A stretch of 64,000 nucleotides of DNA, from contig NC_092673.1 in the NCBI RefSeq assembly GCF_964355755.1, forward strand, positions 15,410,948 through 15,474,947, written 5' to 3'. Origin of the DNA: Antedon mediterranea (Eukaryota > Animalia > Echinodermata). The notes under the pieces are model-generated. The model made no database searches. It had not been told where the DNA came from and worked only from the letters and a program-made list of their open reading frames with translations. Below are positions 30,738 to 44,600 of the stretch, one piece after another. Every line of letters begins with the position of its first letter. The stretch's first letter is position 1. Position numbers and translations under genes: made by a program.

Positions 30738-32275
30738 AATTACAGCAAAATCAGATCAAAATTGATACAAACAGTAGAAAATATATAAATTACTGAAAAA
30801 ATGACAATTCTGTGGGTATCAGTGGCTGGATCTCAATGGAGATACAAAAATACTGAAAAAATGACAAATATATTTATATATATATATATAGTATGTTGTT
30901 TTGTAGAGCACTCTTTATTTCGAAACGTGTGTAAATGTAATTATCACGTTTATATTAAATTCCTATTCTTTATTATTGTGTTTAACCGTAACCAAATTGG
31001 TTATACAGTACAGTAAAACACAGTGCTAAATTGCATGTAGGCCTAAATATCATTATTAGCCTATTAAAATGTTTCCTATTCTAGACCGTGGGCTGATGCT
31101 CAAAATTGTGACTTGTCGTGGTGCCACCCCTGGCAGCTACCCAGTTTTTATATATAAAAGTTGTAAAATAAAATTTAAAACATAAAACACCAACTCGCCA
31201 TCGTCGTAAATAAACAGTTTTAATAAAAAACGATAAATTACGAAGAAAAATCAACAGTTAAATACCATATTCTTATCATTGTGTTTAACTGTAACCAGAT
31301 GGTTTAATTTAAACTAAGAATAAAACTGAGTTACTGTACCAACACATCAAATAGTTTCAAAGTATTTTTTTAACTTAGCAACACATGTAACATCATCATC
31401 TCCACATTAGGCTATTATTAACGAAACCCAAAACCGCAAAATTTAGTTTATAGTATTACGTTTATTTTGATTGTCTAACTAAAGTACGGTCTAATAATGA
31501 ATAATCAGAAGACACCAAAATGTGCTGATTACGTCATTACCGGAAGTTGTAGTCTAGCTGATGCACACGCAATTGATTATGTACGTTTGTTAAACTTTAA
31601 AAAAATCTGTAAATTACCACAAATCCACATTAGGAAAAAATTCAAAGAAATGCTCTACGTGTTCAAAATCATTGTTTTAATATAGGCTGTATGTATAACT
31701 AACAATTGACATTGTGGGAAGAGCGTATGAATTTAATTTAAAGTAAAACATAATTTACTCGCCAATTTGGTATATTGGATATTGGATTGGATATAAATGG
31801 ACGAATCCTTCGAACGCTTACGACACACAACGTATGCTGAACGTACATTTCCCTACTCAAACTTCCTTATTTTATTCGAGAGAAAATGGTTTTTAATTTA
31901 GTTATTGGTCAATGTCGGGATCTATGTATTTTATGACTTCTTTACCAAAATAAAGTGACATTAGTCTTTCTGTTTGACAATTAATAGTTCTTCAATCCAA
32001 AATAACTTTGAAACAACACCCCATTCATAATGGTATAGGCCTAGCCTTGGTGGTGAGAATTTTCAATCAGGAAATATTTTGGAATAGTCTAGATTTTTAG
32101 AAATTAATTTAATAAATTATGCCAAAAACCTAATCTAAAACAGATTTTAAATAATTTTCTTTTTTTTATTGTAAAAATTACAAAAAACTATTTGATTAGT
32201 TCTTAATTGATTAAATTGATGAGCATCGATCGGCGAAAAGCAGCATATAGAATAGGCCTAGGCGGCTTTTAGTTT

Positions 32276-34184
32276 GGTTTACGATGAAATCGGTCGCGTC
32301 TGAAATCGGTCGCGGTAAAATCAACTTCCGGTATTTTGTATGGCGCGCCGTTAGAGTTATACGTTTGAAATCGGTCGCGTTTGAAATCGGTCGCGCTATT
32401 TTGTATGGAGCGAGATGCATGCTAGCGGGATATATATTTTCTTCGTTTATATAGTCTAGATTTAATTGATATTTTTTAGGAACCAGTTTATTTATGTGGA
32501 TATTTTTTATTTTGGTAATAAATATTTATTATCAATCATTTTTTTTTATTTCACAGGTTTTGGAGAAGGACTGTGTCTTTTCAAAATGGCCATTTCTAAA
32601 CACGTTTAAACATTTTATTAGGCATATAATAATTCACCTCTATTTTATTATGTACTGTAATTAATATATTATATAGAGAATATACGTCTGTGTCTTATTA
32701 TGCAAACAATACGTAAAAGAGAACAATTTATTTAAAAACATTAATTGTTACAATGTATCCATGTCGTTAAAAACTTGCTATTGGATCACCTTATTTTAAT
32801 TTCTATTTTATTTAATTAGAAATAAAAATATACACGTGATTTGCCTCAACAATAATCATTATAGGCCTATACTTAAATTATCCTACATAACGTAAACAGT
32901 TTCTAGTAAAAATGATTATTATATGCGGATGGTTAAAATGCGAGTTACTGAAATATACCCCGAAATAGGCAATATCGTAGATGCGCCTTCTATGATCGTG
33001 CAGACGTTAACTGCACGTTATTTTGCTGACGGGGATTCCCTTTAAAAAAAACCACGCACTATTGTGTCAAATCATGGAAAAAACACGTACGATCGTTGTC
33101 CATGGCCATGTAAAGATGACGTATAAGCATATTACTAATAACCATACGTTTGAAACATCTAGGCCTGCACGTGTTTTTGTGAAACTTTAGTGCCATGGTG
33201 AAACGATGTATATAATTTACGTATATAGTATATACGTAATATTTTATATAGTATAATACGTCGGTGATACGGGCGGTGATACTATAGTTTTTAATTTGAA
33301 TATCTTTTATTTCTTCATTTATAATAATCACTTAATGTAAATAATGAAGTACCGGTAGGCCTACCACTCAGTGTTTCACATCTGTCGCCGTTCGTAAATC
33401 GAAATGTTTAAATATCAGTGCAAGATTACCTCTTTGAGAATCGTGCCCACCTTTATTATCCATCCATTATTATTCTCACATCTAGGCCTATCATTGTACG
33501 GCATACTGCATATTATAGTCCTACTGTATAGGCCCGGTAGATTGATTTATAACGGCATATTATTTTATTAGTATTATCCTAAAACCATGCTCACGTAAGA
33601 GTGGCGGATATCGAACGTAACAATCATCCTCATACATCGTCTTCATTTTGATTGCATAAACCTCATTGAGCTGGTATCCACTTGCAGGTATAGAACTAGT
33701 TTCGTAATTAACTGTGATTAAAAAATACTCAATAGGCGCGTCTACTTGTTTAATATTAAATTATTTTCAACATTTTAAAACTTTAAACCGTGACATGATA
33801 ATCTTTTCAAAAACTTATCAATAACACTTTTAAAAACGATTTTCTAAACGAACACATTACAATTATTCATTGACACCTGTAAGATAAAATGAAAACACAA
33901 ATTATTTATAAATAATGAGATAAATATTTATATTTACTGTACTAAAAAAATAAAAACGATCGAGGTAAAACAATTGTTAATAGTATTAGAAATTCTATAT
34001 TCAAAATTAACTAAAAACATAATTAGCGTTTTCATTAAATAATAAAAATGTATCTAGTGCGTCCCATGCAAAATAGCGCGACCGATTTCAAACGCGACCG
34101 ATATCATTAAACGTATAGCTCTAGCGGCGCGCCATACAAAATACCGGAAGTTGATTTTAAACGCGACCGATTTCATCTGACACC
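32276..34184. mobile_element. MULE-type non-autonomous element with ~130-bp TIRs
   Basis: GG...CC ends, TIRs built from GAAATCGGTCGCG repeats; 9-bp TSD TTTTAGTTT/CTTTAGTTT. Confidence 0.85.
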
Positions 34185-34465
34185 CTTTAGTTTTAGGGCC
34201 TGTTTTTGAAATAAATTTACCACGCGTTGTGCTTTCATCCCATATAGGCCTAGGCTAAATCATTGTTGTCTTTTTAATTTCGTTATGATAGCTTGATGGG
34301 TGTTTGCCACACAACTGATAAAGAAAAACGCCCTAAAGGACATCTAGACTTGGATTGTAAGTGATATTTGTTATTGAATGCGGTCTGACTAGGCCTAGCC
34401 TAGGCCCTAGGCCTAGGCATAGATATAATTATTATCTCTAATGGACTAGGGTAGGCCTAGTAGTA

Positions 34466-35018
34466 GGGTTCCAGGACGATTCGGCCCTGAGACGATTCGG
34501 CCCGGGACTATTCGGCCCACTTTGTGGGCGCGCCGAAACGTCTCACTTAGACCAAATTCATATTAATAATTAATTTTTTTTTGTATTTATCAAAATTATC
34601 AAGGCGTTTAACAATCCGTATTTTATTGATATTGACAATGTTGATATATATGTATACTACTATAATATATAATAAATTACTAAAAAAACGTAATTTTATA
34701 TTCAATTTATTACTTCAAAAACCTTGTTTATTTCGTCGTGCATTCGCCAAGCGGCCAACAGAGGGCGTAACTTGTTTACATCGTTCACATGACTAAAAAA
34801 TGATCATTTTCGACAATGTTTTTAAAATGTTTGCTTTATTGCATTTTTATCCCTAGTAGTACTACCCATAGTCTCTATGAAAATAAATTTTGGGGATAAA
34901 AGCTTATTTTATGCTTATAAAATACATATCAAAGCCGATAAATTTAAGTGTGCCGAATCGTCTCGGGGCCGAATCGTCTCGGGGCCGAATAGTCTCGGGC
35001 CGAATCGTCCCGTTACCT
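34466..35018. mobile_element. MULE-type MITE with GACGATTCGGCCC subterminal repeats
   Basis: Inverted repeat arrays at both ends; 9-bp TSD CTAGTAGTA/CTAGTAGCA; related fragment at 28135-28168. Confidence 0.8.
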
Positions 35019-35619
35019 CTAGTAGCAGCCCCTAAAAGCTGATGTTTTACCATCATCATGTTTGTAACGTGGACCTACTGAGGCTATAAACGATTGTACT
35101 GTACTGTCCTAGTTAAAGCTTTGGTAGGCCTAGGCTAGGGGTCAAAGAGGCCGAGCAGAGTCTCGCCGGTCAAACCAGGCGCGGCCGGTCTGATGTACTT
35201 TAAAGTCGCCTCTTACACACAGTCGCACATTCGCAACACTAGGCCTAGACTAGCAGACAAGTCAACAACTCTTACATTTTTTGACGAATTTTTATGTGAT
35301 AGCAATTAGGGCCTATAACAAGATGTATAATAAAAACAAATTAATGTTGGCCTACTAGGCTAGGAGGTACGTAACGTACGTGACAAAAAAATATTTTATA
35401 TTAGGCCTATAACTATATCATTGGAAAGGGAATTCGAAAAAGCATTACATTTAGTTACCAAATTCAATGTCGTCCAGCCAATATTAACAGAGTTATTAAT
35501 CTTTATGATGTAAATATTGCGCAAATATTATGTCCTAAAGAGTATAGGGTGATTGCATGTGAGGTCAAAAGGTCATAAAAGTTGACCTTGTTATGGTCCA
35601 ATGCAACTGATAGACAAAG

Positions 35620-36131
35620 GTTTCTGCTGCCAAGAAAATACCATATTTATTAGTATATGGTATTTTTTATACAAGATTTTTTGGCAGCCAAAACTGCACT
35701 CATAAAAAAAAAAGTGTAATAAAAGGGACAACCACAATTATAAAGACATTTATAAAAAAAATAAAGCAGCAGGAGTACGGAATAAACATGTCTCCAAAGC
35801 AAGTAAACTCAAAGCTGTGAAAGCAGTACAACATTGCAAAAGACAATAACTCAGGGAGGGAACGAATTACTTGTTCCCATTACTATGTTTTCTGTGCTCT
35901 CACAACATCTCTATCGCTAGTGCTAGACTGTTGAAAGTGAGGCGTAAAACTTCCTTTATTGCGACTTTTAATTATTGACCAAATGAATGGCAACTTGGGT
36001 AAAAAAGAATTTTAACATGACCACCCAAGAAGTTTTTTTAGCAGAAACGAGGTCCTAAAAAATACGGTATAAAAAATACCGTGTTTTATACCGTATTTTT
36101 TTATCGTATTTTGAGCAGTTGCAGCAGAAAC
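35620..36131. mobile_element. Small TIR element with subterminal hairpins
   Basis: GTTTCTGCTGC...GCAGCAGAAAC; hairpins at 35634-35668 and 36057-36102. Confidence 0.4.
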
Positions 36132-36219
36132 AAGCCCAAACAAACTCCAGCACTTTTCTCACATGTGGTGTTTACACAATGATTATTTGCTCTCTTTAAT
36201 TGTATATTATTTTTCTGAA

Positions 36220-37060
36220 ATGCCAAGTTTTTGTGCAGTAAAGGATGTAGGAGTTTCTTTCTTCAGAATTCCTAAAGTTTTGAGGCTACATGGTGCTGAA
36301 AAGCAGGAATTGAAGGCAAAAAGGCAGAGAGTCTGGCTAGCTAACATACATAGAGAGGAAATCAATGTTAGAAAAATCGGAAACTATCGTGTATGTTTTA
36401 AACATTTTATTGGAGGTATGTTTTGATTTTTAACATTTTTAAGTAATTGTTTGTTAAAATACTGTAGACTAGCAGAATTTGATATGTTTAGAATGTTTCA
36501 AATATATGATGCTATTAGTATTAGCTAGGCTATATTAAATGTATGTTGGGATGGAGGATGCATGGATACCATGCTGGGCACCCCATGTTGTTTAATTTCT
36601 GATTTAAGGAAGTCAAAATGTATTAATTTATAGCATGTCTCAACACAGAATAAAAAAAATTTTAATTTTAAATCAACCTAAATATTAATAAAATATTCTT
36701 CTGTACATATTTTTTAGGCAAGCCTGCACCACTTGCTGAACAATCTCATCCTGATTGGGCTTCAACTCAAAACATGGGTAGGTTGGACTTGGGTGACCAT
36801 ACCGCTCAACGAGATAAAGAGCGATACGAAAGGTCACAAAAAAGACACTTTTGAAGCAAGAGCATGGATGTTTTTCAGCTACAAGCACCAAAATACAGTA
36901 AAGTTTTTAATTGGCCAATTTCATATCTGTCTGCGGCATGGAGGAGGCAGGGGTACAGATAAGATAATCAAACAGACAATGCAGGCATGCCAAAAGTTGA
37001 CAAAATTGCTAGAGTGTGCTGTGCATTGTTTAATTTATGTCCCGCCATTGTTAGAAGTTG
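36220..37060 (+). pseudogene. ISL2EU-type transposase relic: THAP domain (intron 36416-36717) plus deleted Harbinger/IS5-like DDE
   Basis: MPSFCAV..SFFRIP..RQRVWLANI..YRVCFKHFIG|GKPA..HPDW; SYKHQNTVKFLIG; GGRGTDKII; DKIARVCCALFNLCP. Confidence 0.8.
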
Positions 37061-37443
37061 TTGACCTGATTGATGTTTAAAGGATTTTAATGCAGCCTAA
37101 CATGCATTTTCATGTTTGGAAGGAACAGCTTGGTCTATTCTCTGATTTATATTATGATACTGTACAATAATTGAATTGAAAAAGTGGTATATTTATTTGT
37201 GACTTCGATAGTAAGTGTTATTACACAACCATTTACATATAGCATAAACCAAATAGTATTTTATTTATACAAGACACACAAGTTTAGCAGCGGTCTTAAC
37301 AACTTTTCCGTCTGCATTTACAAGGGCTTCGGACCTTTAGACAAAGTCTGGCTGCATTAAATAGCCGTTTTTTGCCATTTTTTATTTTCTGTATTATTTT
37401 ATTAACACCTTAGATTTTTTGTTTTGTGACAATCAGGGCAGAA

Positions 37444-38600
37444 CTAAGTCTTGGGACTGTATGTATCTTTCAGTTTAAGGCAATCATGATGAAACCATTT
37501 AATTGAACAGCTTTGATTGTCCTTGCAGTAACACCATTTTTCTGAAGCATCATCAATTACTGTAATGTCGCCAGCAAAGTGTTGTGGCGGTCGAGTAAAA
37601 AACTTTCCAACTATTTCTGGTAGAACTGCCATCTGGAAAATGTGTCTTAAACAGCTTCTTTCCACAGCATTGAATCTTGGTTGACCCTTTCAATGTGAAT
37701 TTCTTTTTCTGTCCAGTCAACAAAGTCACAGTATTTGCGTTCTGAAATAAACATCCGAGTTTGGATCTGATAATAATATTGATGATTTCTTTTTAACTTA
37801 AAAGATCCATCAACCACCTCTAGACAAAAATGTCTGTCCACTGTAGATTCTTCAATGCTCTCTTTTTTCTTATAAAATGGGCATTTAACCTCAAGCACCG
37901 CAGCAATTGCATGTTATAAGGCCATTGTGTGATGCACCTAAAAATGGCCATTTCTCGTTCATCATCAGACCACAATCAGTAAACTTAAATTCTAAATGTT
38001 TAGCCTTTGTGATCGACTCATATTTCTTTCTTGCTGTGTGCTCGTGGTTGCATCCCCATCTTTTTGCCTCAGTAGAAAACTTCATAGCTTCAGGGTAACA
38101 AATGCTTTTTATTAAGCTAACATTTTTAATGCTCTAATCCTACCAGCTCTGTGTCGGAACCAACTGCTAGACTTAGCTTGTTCCCTTGTATGTTTTTCAA
38201 CATTTGCTATTTCTTCCTTCTTTATATCCAGCTTAACCTTATCACATTTTTTAAGCAGCTCTGTGTAAGAAAGCTTCGGAGCTTCCGGATCGTATAGCTT
38301 GCTTATTATAGGAGGAGACTGCTCATGGACTTCCATTGGAATAAATGAATCACAGTAATTTAGCAAAGTACTCAATACCACAGATTTTGGTGAAATCAAT
38401 GTCAGTTGCTCGTCATTCATGACATCGAAAGCTAATGTACATGTCACAACTGATCTGAACTCTGGTCTTGAGGTGCTGTCGTCAATTGATTCATCAAGTT
38501 TTCTTTTATGTGATCTCGCAGAGGAGACATCAATTGAAGACACTGGTATAGCGACCACATGCTTTTATTTGGTTCCATCCAGTATGCTTTTTTTTTTTCG
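37444..38600 (-). pseudogene. YqaJ/lambda-exonuclease plus PHD finger, the second gene of the ISL2EU-type element, frameshifted
   Basis: TREQAKSSSWFRHRAGRI, PFLGAS.NG..CNCCG, LEVKCPF, HQYYYQIQ, WCYC...KWFHHDCLKL. Confidence 0.85.
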
Positions 38601-38639
38601 TTAATACATTGTCCTGTCTAGAAATGTTGTAAATCCTCT

Positions 38640-41600
38640 AGGATCACCTTTGTATCGCAGCTTACTCATTTAAAGTATGTGTGGTGCCATTATGCCTCTA
38701 CGTAAGAAAGTCATTGTCGCAAGCTTCGTCAAAATCGCTTGTAATTCGTCTGTTGTATTTTGTCCTGCAGGATGTCCCTTTTCTTTTTTATTCATGCTAT
38801 ACTTTATATTTTGTATCTGTTTCATGCCTCCTAGAATTGGCGTTCCTTCCATATAACAGGGGATCAGCATGATCTTCCCTTGGAGCTTGTGTGGCAGAAA
38901 GTCTCTATTTTGCTGCCATCATTGTACTGTTTGCAGTTCTGATATATTCGGTTCCCGCTGTTGTTAGGTTTCCGTGACTTCTCTTTGTTTTTGGAAATTT
39001 ACCCAGGTATTCTACTAGCACTAAATTAGTTGACTCGTCTGGAAAATGTTTGTCAATCCATGTGACCCTTTTTCGGAAAGCAACAGCACACTAAAATGGT
39101 GTGTTAAGGTTGTGGGTTCATTGGTTTCCAGGCACCTTTTACCTTTGTACAGGACACACCATCCCGTTTAGCCACAGTCATCATAACGCCATTCATCATA
39201 GCAATTATTGTCCGAGGTGTTGTAGTTTGAGATGAATGCCAAGTACCACAGTCATCATAAAAAATACTGCGTTTACTATCTGCCCTGAGTGCAAAGTTTT
39301 CTCCATTGTCTACAACATATGCAACATTTTCTTTTATGCCACAAGGAACCTCATTGACAACTTCACTAATTGGAGTGTGTACCAAAATTTGTCTCATGCG
39401 ACTGATTCCAAGAAATCTACCTTACAATTTGATACCCTGTCCTAGACATAGTTGTACAACTTCTGCAGCATTTTGAAGCAACTTTGAGTCCGTGGATACC
39501 GAGGGTGTATGTGATGTTTAGAATTTATTCCTCCATTTGAAATCCTCAAGCGACTCTAGGTTAGAGGACGATACGGTCCTAGATGGTTCAGCATCCAATG
39601 ATGTGGGAATTTTGGACCATTTTTGTTCATCCTTCCAGTGAAATTCTGGCACTGAATCTAGGTCAGACGATGAACATATATCTTCATTTTTATGTTGTTT
39701 TGCATTAGACAATGGTACACCTATTATAATAAAATAAATGGATTAAGCAAGTTCGAAGATTCAGTCAATTTTTTGAGATTTGCTACTTTTTATTAATTAA
39801 TCGAGGTAGGCGTCTAATCATTTTTTGCAAAACATTTAATAGAATCTTAATGGGTGAAAAATTGTAAACAAAATGTCGAGAAATAAGTAGCTGTTTTCGT
39901 TTTGATCTACTTTTTCTTTACAAATTCATTGTCGCAAGCTTCGTCAAAATCGCTTGTAATTCGTCTGCTGTATTTTGTCCTGTAGGATGTCCCTTTTCTT
40001 TTTTCTTCATGCTATACTTTATATTTCGTATCTGTTTCATGTCTCGAGAATTGGCGTTCCTTCCATTTAACAGGAGATTAACATAAACGTCTCTTGGAGC
40101 TTGTGTGTCAGAAAGTCTCTATTTTGCTGCCATCATTGTACTGTTTGCAGTTCTGATATATTCGGTTCCCGCTGTTGTTAGGTTTCCGTGACTTCTCTTT
40201 GTTTTTGGAAATTTACCCAGGTATTCTACTAGCGCTAAATTAGTTGACTCGTCTGGAAAATGTTTGTCAATCCATGTGACCCTTTTTCGGAAAGCAACAG
40301 CACACTAAAATGGTGTGTTAAGGTTGTGGGTTCATTGGTTTCCAGGCACCTTTTACCTTTGTACAGTACACACCATCCCGTTTAGCCACAGTCATCATAA
40401 CGCCATTCATCATAGCAATTATTGTCCGAGGTGTTGTAGTTTGAGATGAATGCCAAGTACCACAGTCATCATAAAAAATACTGCGTTTACTATCTGCCCT
40501 GAGTGCAAAGTTTTCTCCATTGTCTACAACAAATGTAACATTTTCTTTTATGCCACAAGGAACCTCATTGACAACTCCACTAATTGGAGTGTGTACCAAA
40601 ATTTGTCTTATGCGACTGATTCCAAGAAATCTACCTGTCAATTTGATACCCTGTCCTAGATATAGTTGTACAACTTCTGCAGCATTTTGAAGCAACTTTG
40701 AGTCCGGGGATACCGAGGGTGGATGTGATGTTTAGAATTTATTCCTCCATTTGAAATCCTCAAGCGACTCTAGGTTAGAGGACAATACGGTCCTAGATGG
40801 TTCAGCATCCAATGATGTGGGAATTTTGGACCATTTTTGTTCATCCTTCCAGTGAAATTCTGGCACTGAATCTAGGTCAGACGATGAACATATATCTTCA
40901 TATTTATGTTGTTTTGCATTAGACGATGGTACACCTATAATAAAATTTATACATTTATAATAAAATAAATTGATTAAGCAAGTTCAAACATTTGTTACAC
41001 AGGTGGAAAATCATACTCTGTGAAATAATACACGCAACATAAATGCAAGTGTTGGTGTCTCAGTATCTGACTTTTTAATGATGATAAGTCACATTCCAGA
41101 GACAACCTCAGCTGCAAAGGAGGTCATGTGATACTCCACAGGTCCTTGAACTAAATTTTGTAGGGGTCTAATATCTGTGCTGCTTACTCACAGGTAATAA
41201 ACAATCAATCACGGGTACAGTACAGGGATCTAACACATTTAATAGAATCTTAATGGGTGAAAAATTGCAAACAAAATGTCAGAAAAAGTAGCTGTTTTCG
41301 TTTTGATATACTTTTTCTTTACAAATTCATTGTCGCAAGCTTCATCAAAATTGCTTGTAATTCGTCTGCTCTATTTTGTCCTGTAGGATGTCCCTTTTAT
41401 TTCTTTTTCATGCTATACTTTATATTTCGTATCTGTTTCATGCCTCTAGGATTGGAGTTCCTTCCATTTAACAGGGGATCAGCATGATCTTCCCTTGGGG
41501 TTTGTGTGGCAAGTCTCTGTTTTGCTGCCATCTTTGTACTGTTTGCAGTTCTGATATATTCTGTTCCCGCTATTATTCTGTTTCTGTGATTAGTTCTCTT

Positions 41601-44600
41601 TGTTTTTGGAAATTTACCCAGGTATTCTACTAGCACTAAATTAGTTGACTCGTCTGGAAAATGTTTGTCAATCCATGTGACCCTTTTTCGGAAAGCAACA
41701 GCACACTAAAATGGTGTGTTAAGGTTGTGGGTTCATTGGTTTCCAGGCACCTTTTACCTTTGTACAGGACACACCATCCCGTTTAGCCACAGTCATCATA
41801 ACGCCATTCATCATAGCAATTATTGTCCGAGGTGTTGTAGTTTGAGATGAATGCCAAGTACCACAGTCATCATAAAAAATACTGCGTTTACTATCTGCCC
41901 TGAGTGCAAAGTTTTCTCCATTGTCTACAACATATGCAACATTTTCTTTTATGCCACAAGGAACCTCATTGACAACTTCACTAATTGGAGTGTGTACCAA
42001 AATTTGTCTCATGCGACTGATTCCAAGAAATCTACCTTACAATTTGATACCCTGTCCTAGACATAGTTGTACAACTTCTGCAGCATTTTGAAGCAACTTT
42101 GAGTCCGTGGATACCGAGGGTGTATGTGATGTTTAGAATTTATTCCTCCATTTGAAATCCTCAAGCGACTCTAGGTTAGAGGACGATACGGTCCTAGATG
42201 GTTCAGCATCCAATGATGTGGGAATTTTGGACCATTTTTGTTCATCCTTCCAGTGAAATTCTGGCACTGAATCTAGGTCAGACGATGAACATATATCTTC
42301 ATTTTTATGTTGTTTTGCATTAGACAATGGTACACCTATTATAATAAAATAAATGGATTAAGCAAGTTCGAAGATTCAGTCAATTTTTTGAGATTTGCTA
42401 CTTTTTATTAATTAATCGAGGTAGGCGTCTAATCATTTTTTGCAAAACATTTAATAGAATCTTAATGGGTGAAAAATTGTAAACAAAATGTCGAGAAATA
42501 AGTAGCTGTTTTCGTTTTGATCTACTTTTTCTTTACAAATTCATTGTCGCAAGCTTCGTCAAAATCGCTTGTAATTCGTCTGCTGTATTTTGTCCTGTAG
42601 GATGTCCCTTTTCTTTTTTCTTCATGCTATACTTTATATTTCGTATCTGTTTCATGTCTCGAGAATTGGCGTTCCTTCCATTTAACAGGAGATTAACATA
42701 AACGTCTCTTGGAGCTTGTGTGTCAGAAAGTCTCTATTTTGCTGCCATCATTGTACTGTTTGCAGTTCTGATATATTCGGTTCCCGCTGTTGTTAGGTTT
42801 CCGTGACTTCTCTTTGTTTTTGGAAATTTACCCAGGTATTCTACTAGCGCTAAATTAGTTGACTCGTCTGGAAAATGTTTGTCAATCCATGTGACCCTTT
42901 TTCGGAAAGCAACAGCACACTAAAATGGTGTGTTAAGGTTGTGGGTTCATTGGTTTCCAGGCACCTTTTACCTTTGTACAGTACACACCATCCCGTTTAG
43001 CCACAGTCATCATAACGCCATTCATCATAGCAATTATTGTCCGAGGTGTTGTAGTTTGAGATGAATGCCAAGTACCACAGTCATCATAAAAAATACTGCG
43101 TTTACTATCTGCCCTGAGTGCAAAGTTTTCTCCATTGTCTACAACAAATGTAACATTTTCTTTTATGCCACAAGGAACCTCATTGACAACTCCACTAATT
43201 GGAGTGTGTACCAAAATTTGTCTTATGCGACTGATTCCAAGAAATCTACCTGTCAATTTGATACCCTGTCCTAGATATAGTTGTACAACTTCTGCAGCAT
43301 TTTGAAGCAACTTTGAGTCCGGGGATACCGAGGGTGGATGTGATGTTTAGAATTTATTCCTCCATTTGAAATCCTCAAGCGACTCTAGGTTAGAGGACAA
43401 TACGGTCCTAGATGGTTCAGCATCCAATGATGTGGGAATTTTGGACCATTTTTGTTCATCCTTCCAGTGAAATTCTGGCACTGAATCTAGGTCAGACGAT
43501 GAACATATATCTTCATATTTATGTTGTTTTGCATTAGACGATGGTACACCTATAATAAAATTTATACATTTATAATAAAATAAATTGATTAAGCAAGTTC
43601 AAACATTTGTTACACAGGTGGAAAATCATACTCTGTGAAATAATACACGCAACATAAATGCAAGTGTTGGTGTCTCAGTATCTGACTTTTTAATGATGAT
43701 AAGTCACATTCCAGAGACAACCTCAGCTGCAAAGGAGGTCATGTGATACTCCACAGGTCCTTGAACTAAATTTTGTAGGGGTCTAATATCTGTGCTGCTT
43801 ACTCACAGGTAATAAACAATCAATCACGGGTACAGTACAGGGATCTAACACATTTAATAGAATCTTAATGGGTGAAAAATTGCAAACAAAATGTCAGAAA
43901 AAGTAGCTGTTTTCGTTTTGATATACTTTTTCTTTACAAATTCATTGTCGCAAGCTTCATCAAAATTGCTTGTAATTCGTCTGCTCTATTTTGTCCTGTA
44001 GGATGTCCCTTTTATTTCTTTTTCATGCTATACTTTATATTTCGTATCTGTTTCATGCCTCTAGGATTGGAGTTCCTTCCATTTAACAGGGGATCAGCAT
44101 GATCTTCCCTTGGGGTTTGTGTGGCAAGTCTCTGTTTTGCTGCCATCTTTGTACTGTTTGCAGTTCTGATATATTCTGTTCCCGCTATTATTCTGTTTCT
44201 GTGATTAGTTCTCTTTGTTTTTTAAAAATTTACTCTTTTATTCTACTAGTGCTAGATTAGTTGAATCGCCTGGAAAAGGTTTGTCTATTCATGTAACCCT
44301 TTTTCGGAAAGATGGGTCCCTTTTGAGAGTCAGATAGCAATGGCACACTAACATGATGTGTTGAGATTGTGGCTTTATTGGAAATCTTCAAGCGACTCTA
44401 GGTCAGAGGACGATACGGTCTTAGATGGTTCTGCATCCATTGATGTGTGAAGTTCGGACCGTTTTTGTTCATCCTTCCATTGACAATCTGGTAGTGACTC
44501 TAGATACATGTTCATTCTAAAAATTCGGAAAGTATGCAATCCCAATTTGACTTGGCCCCACTAGCGGTAAACACAAGTCCGAGAGGTGGAATTTTCAAGA

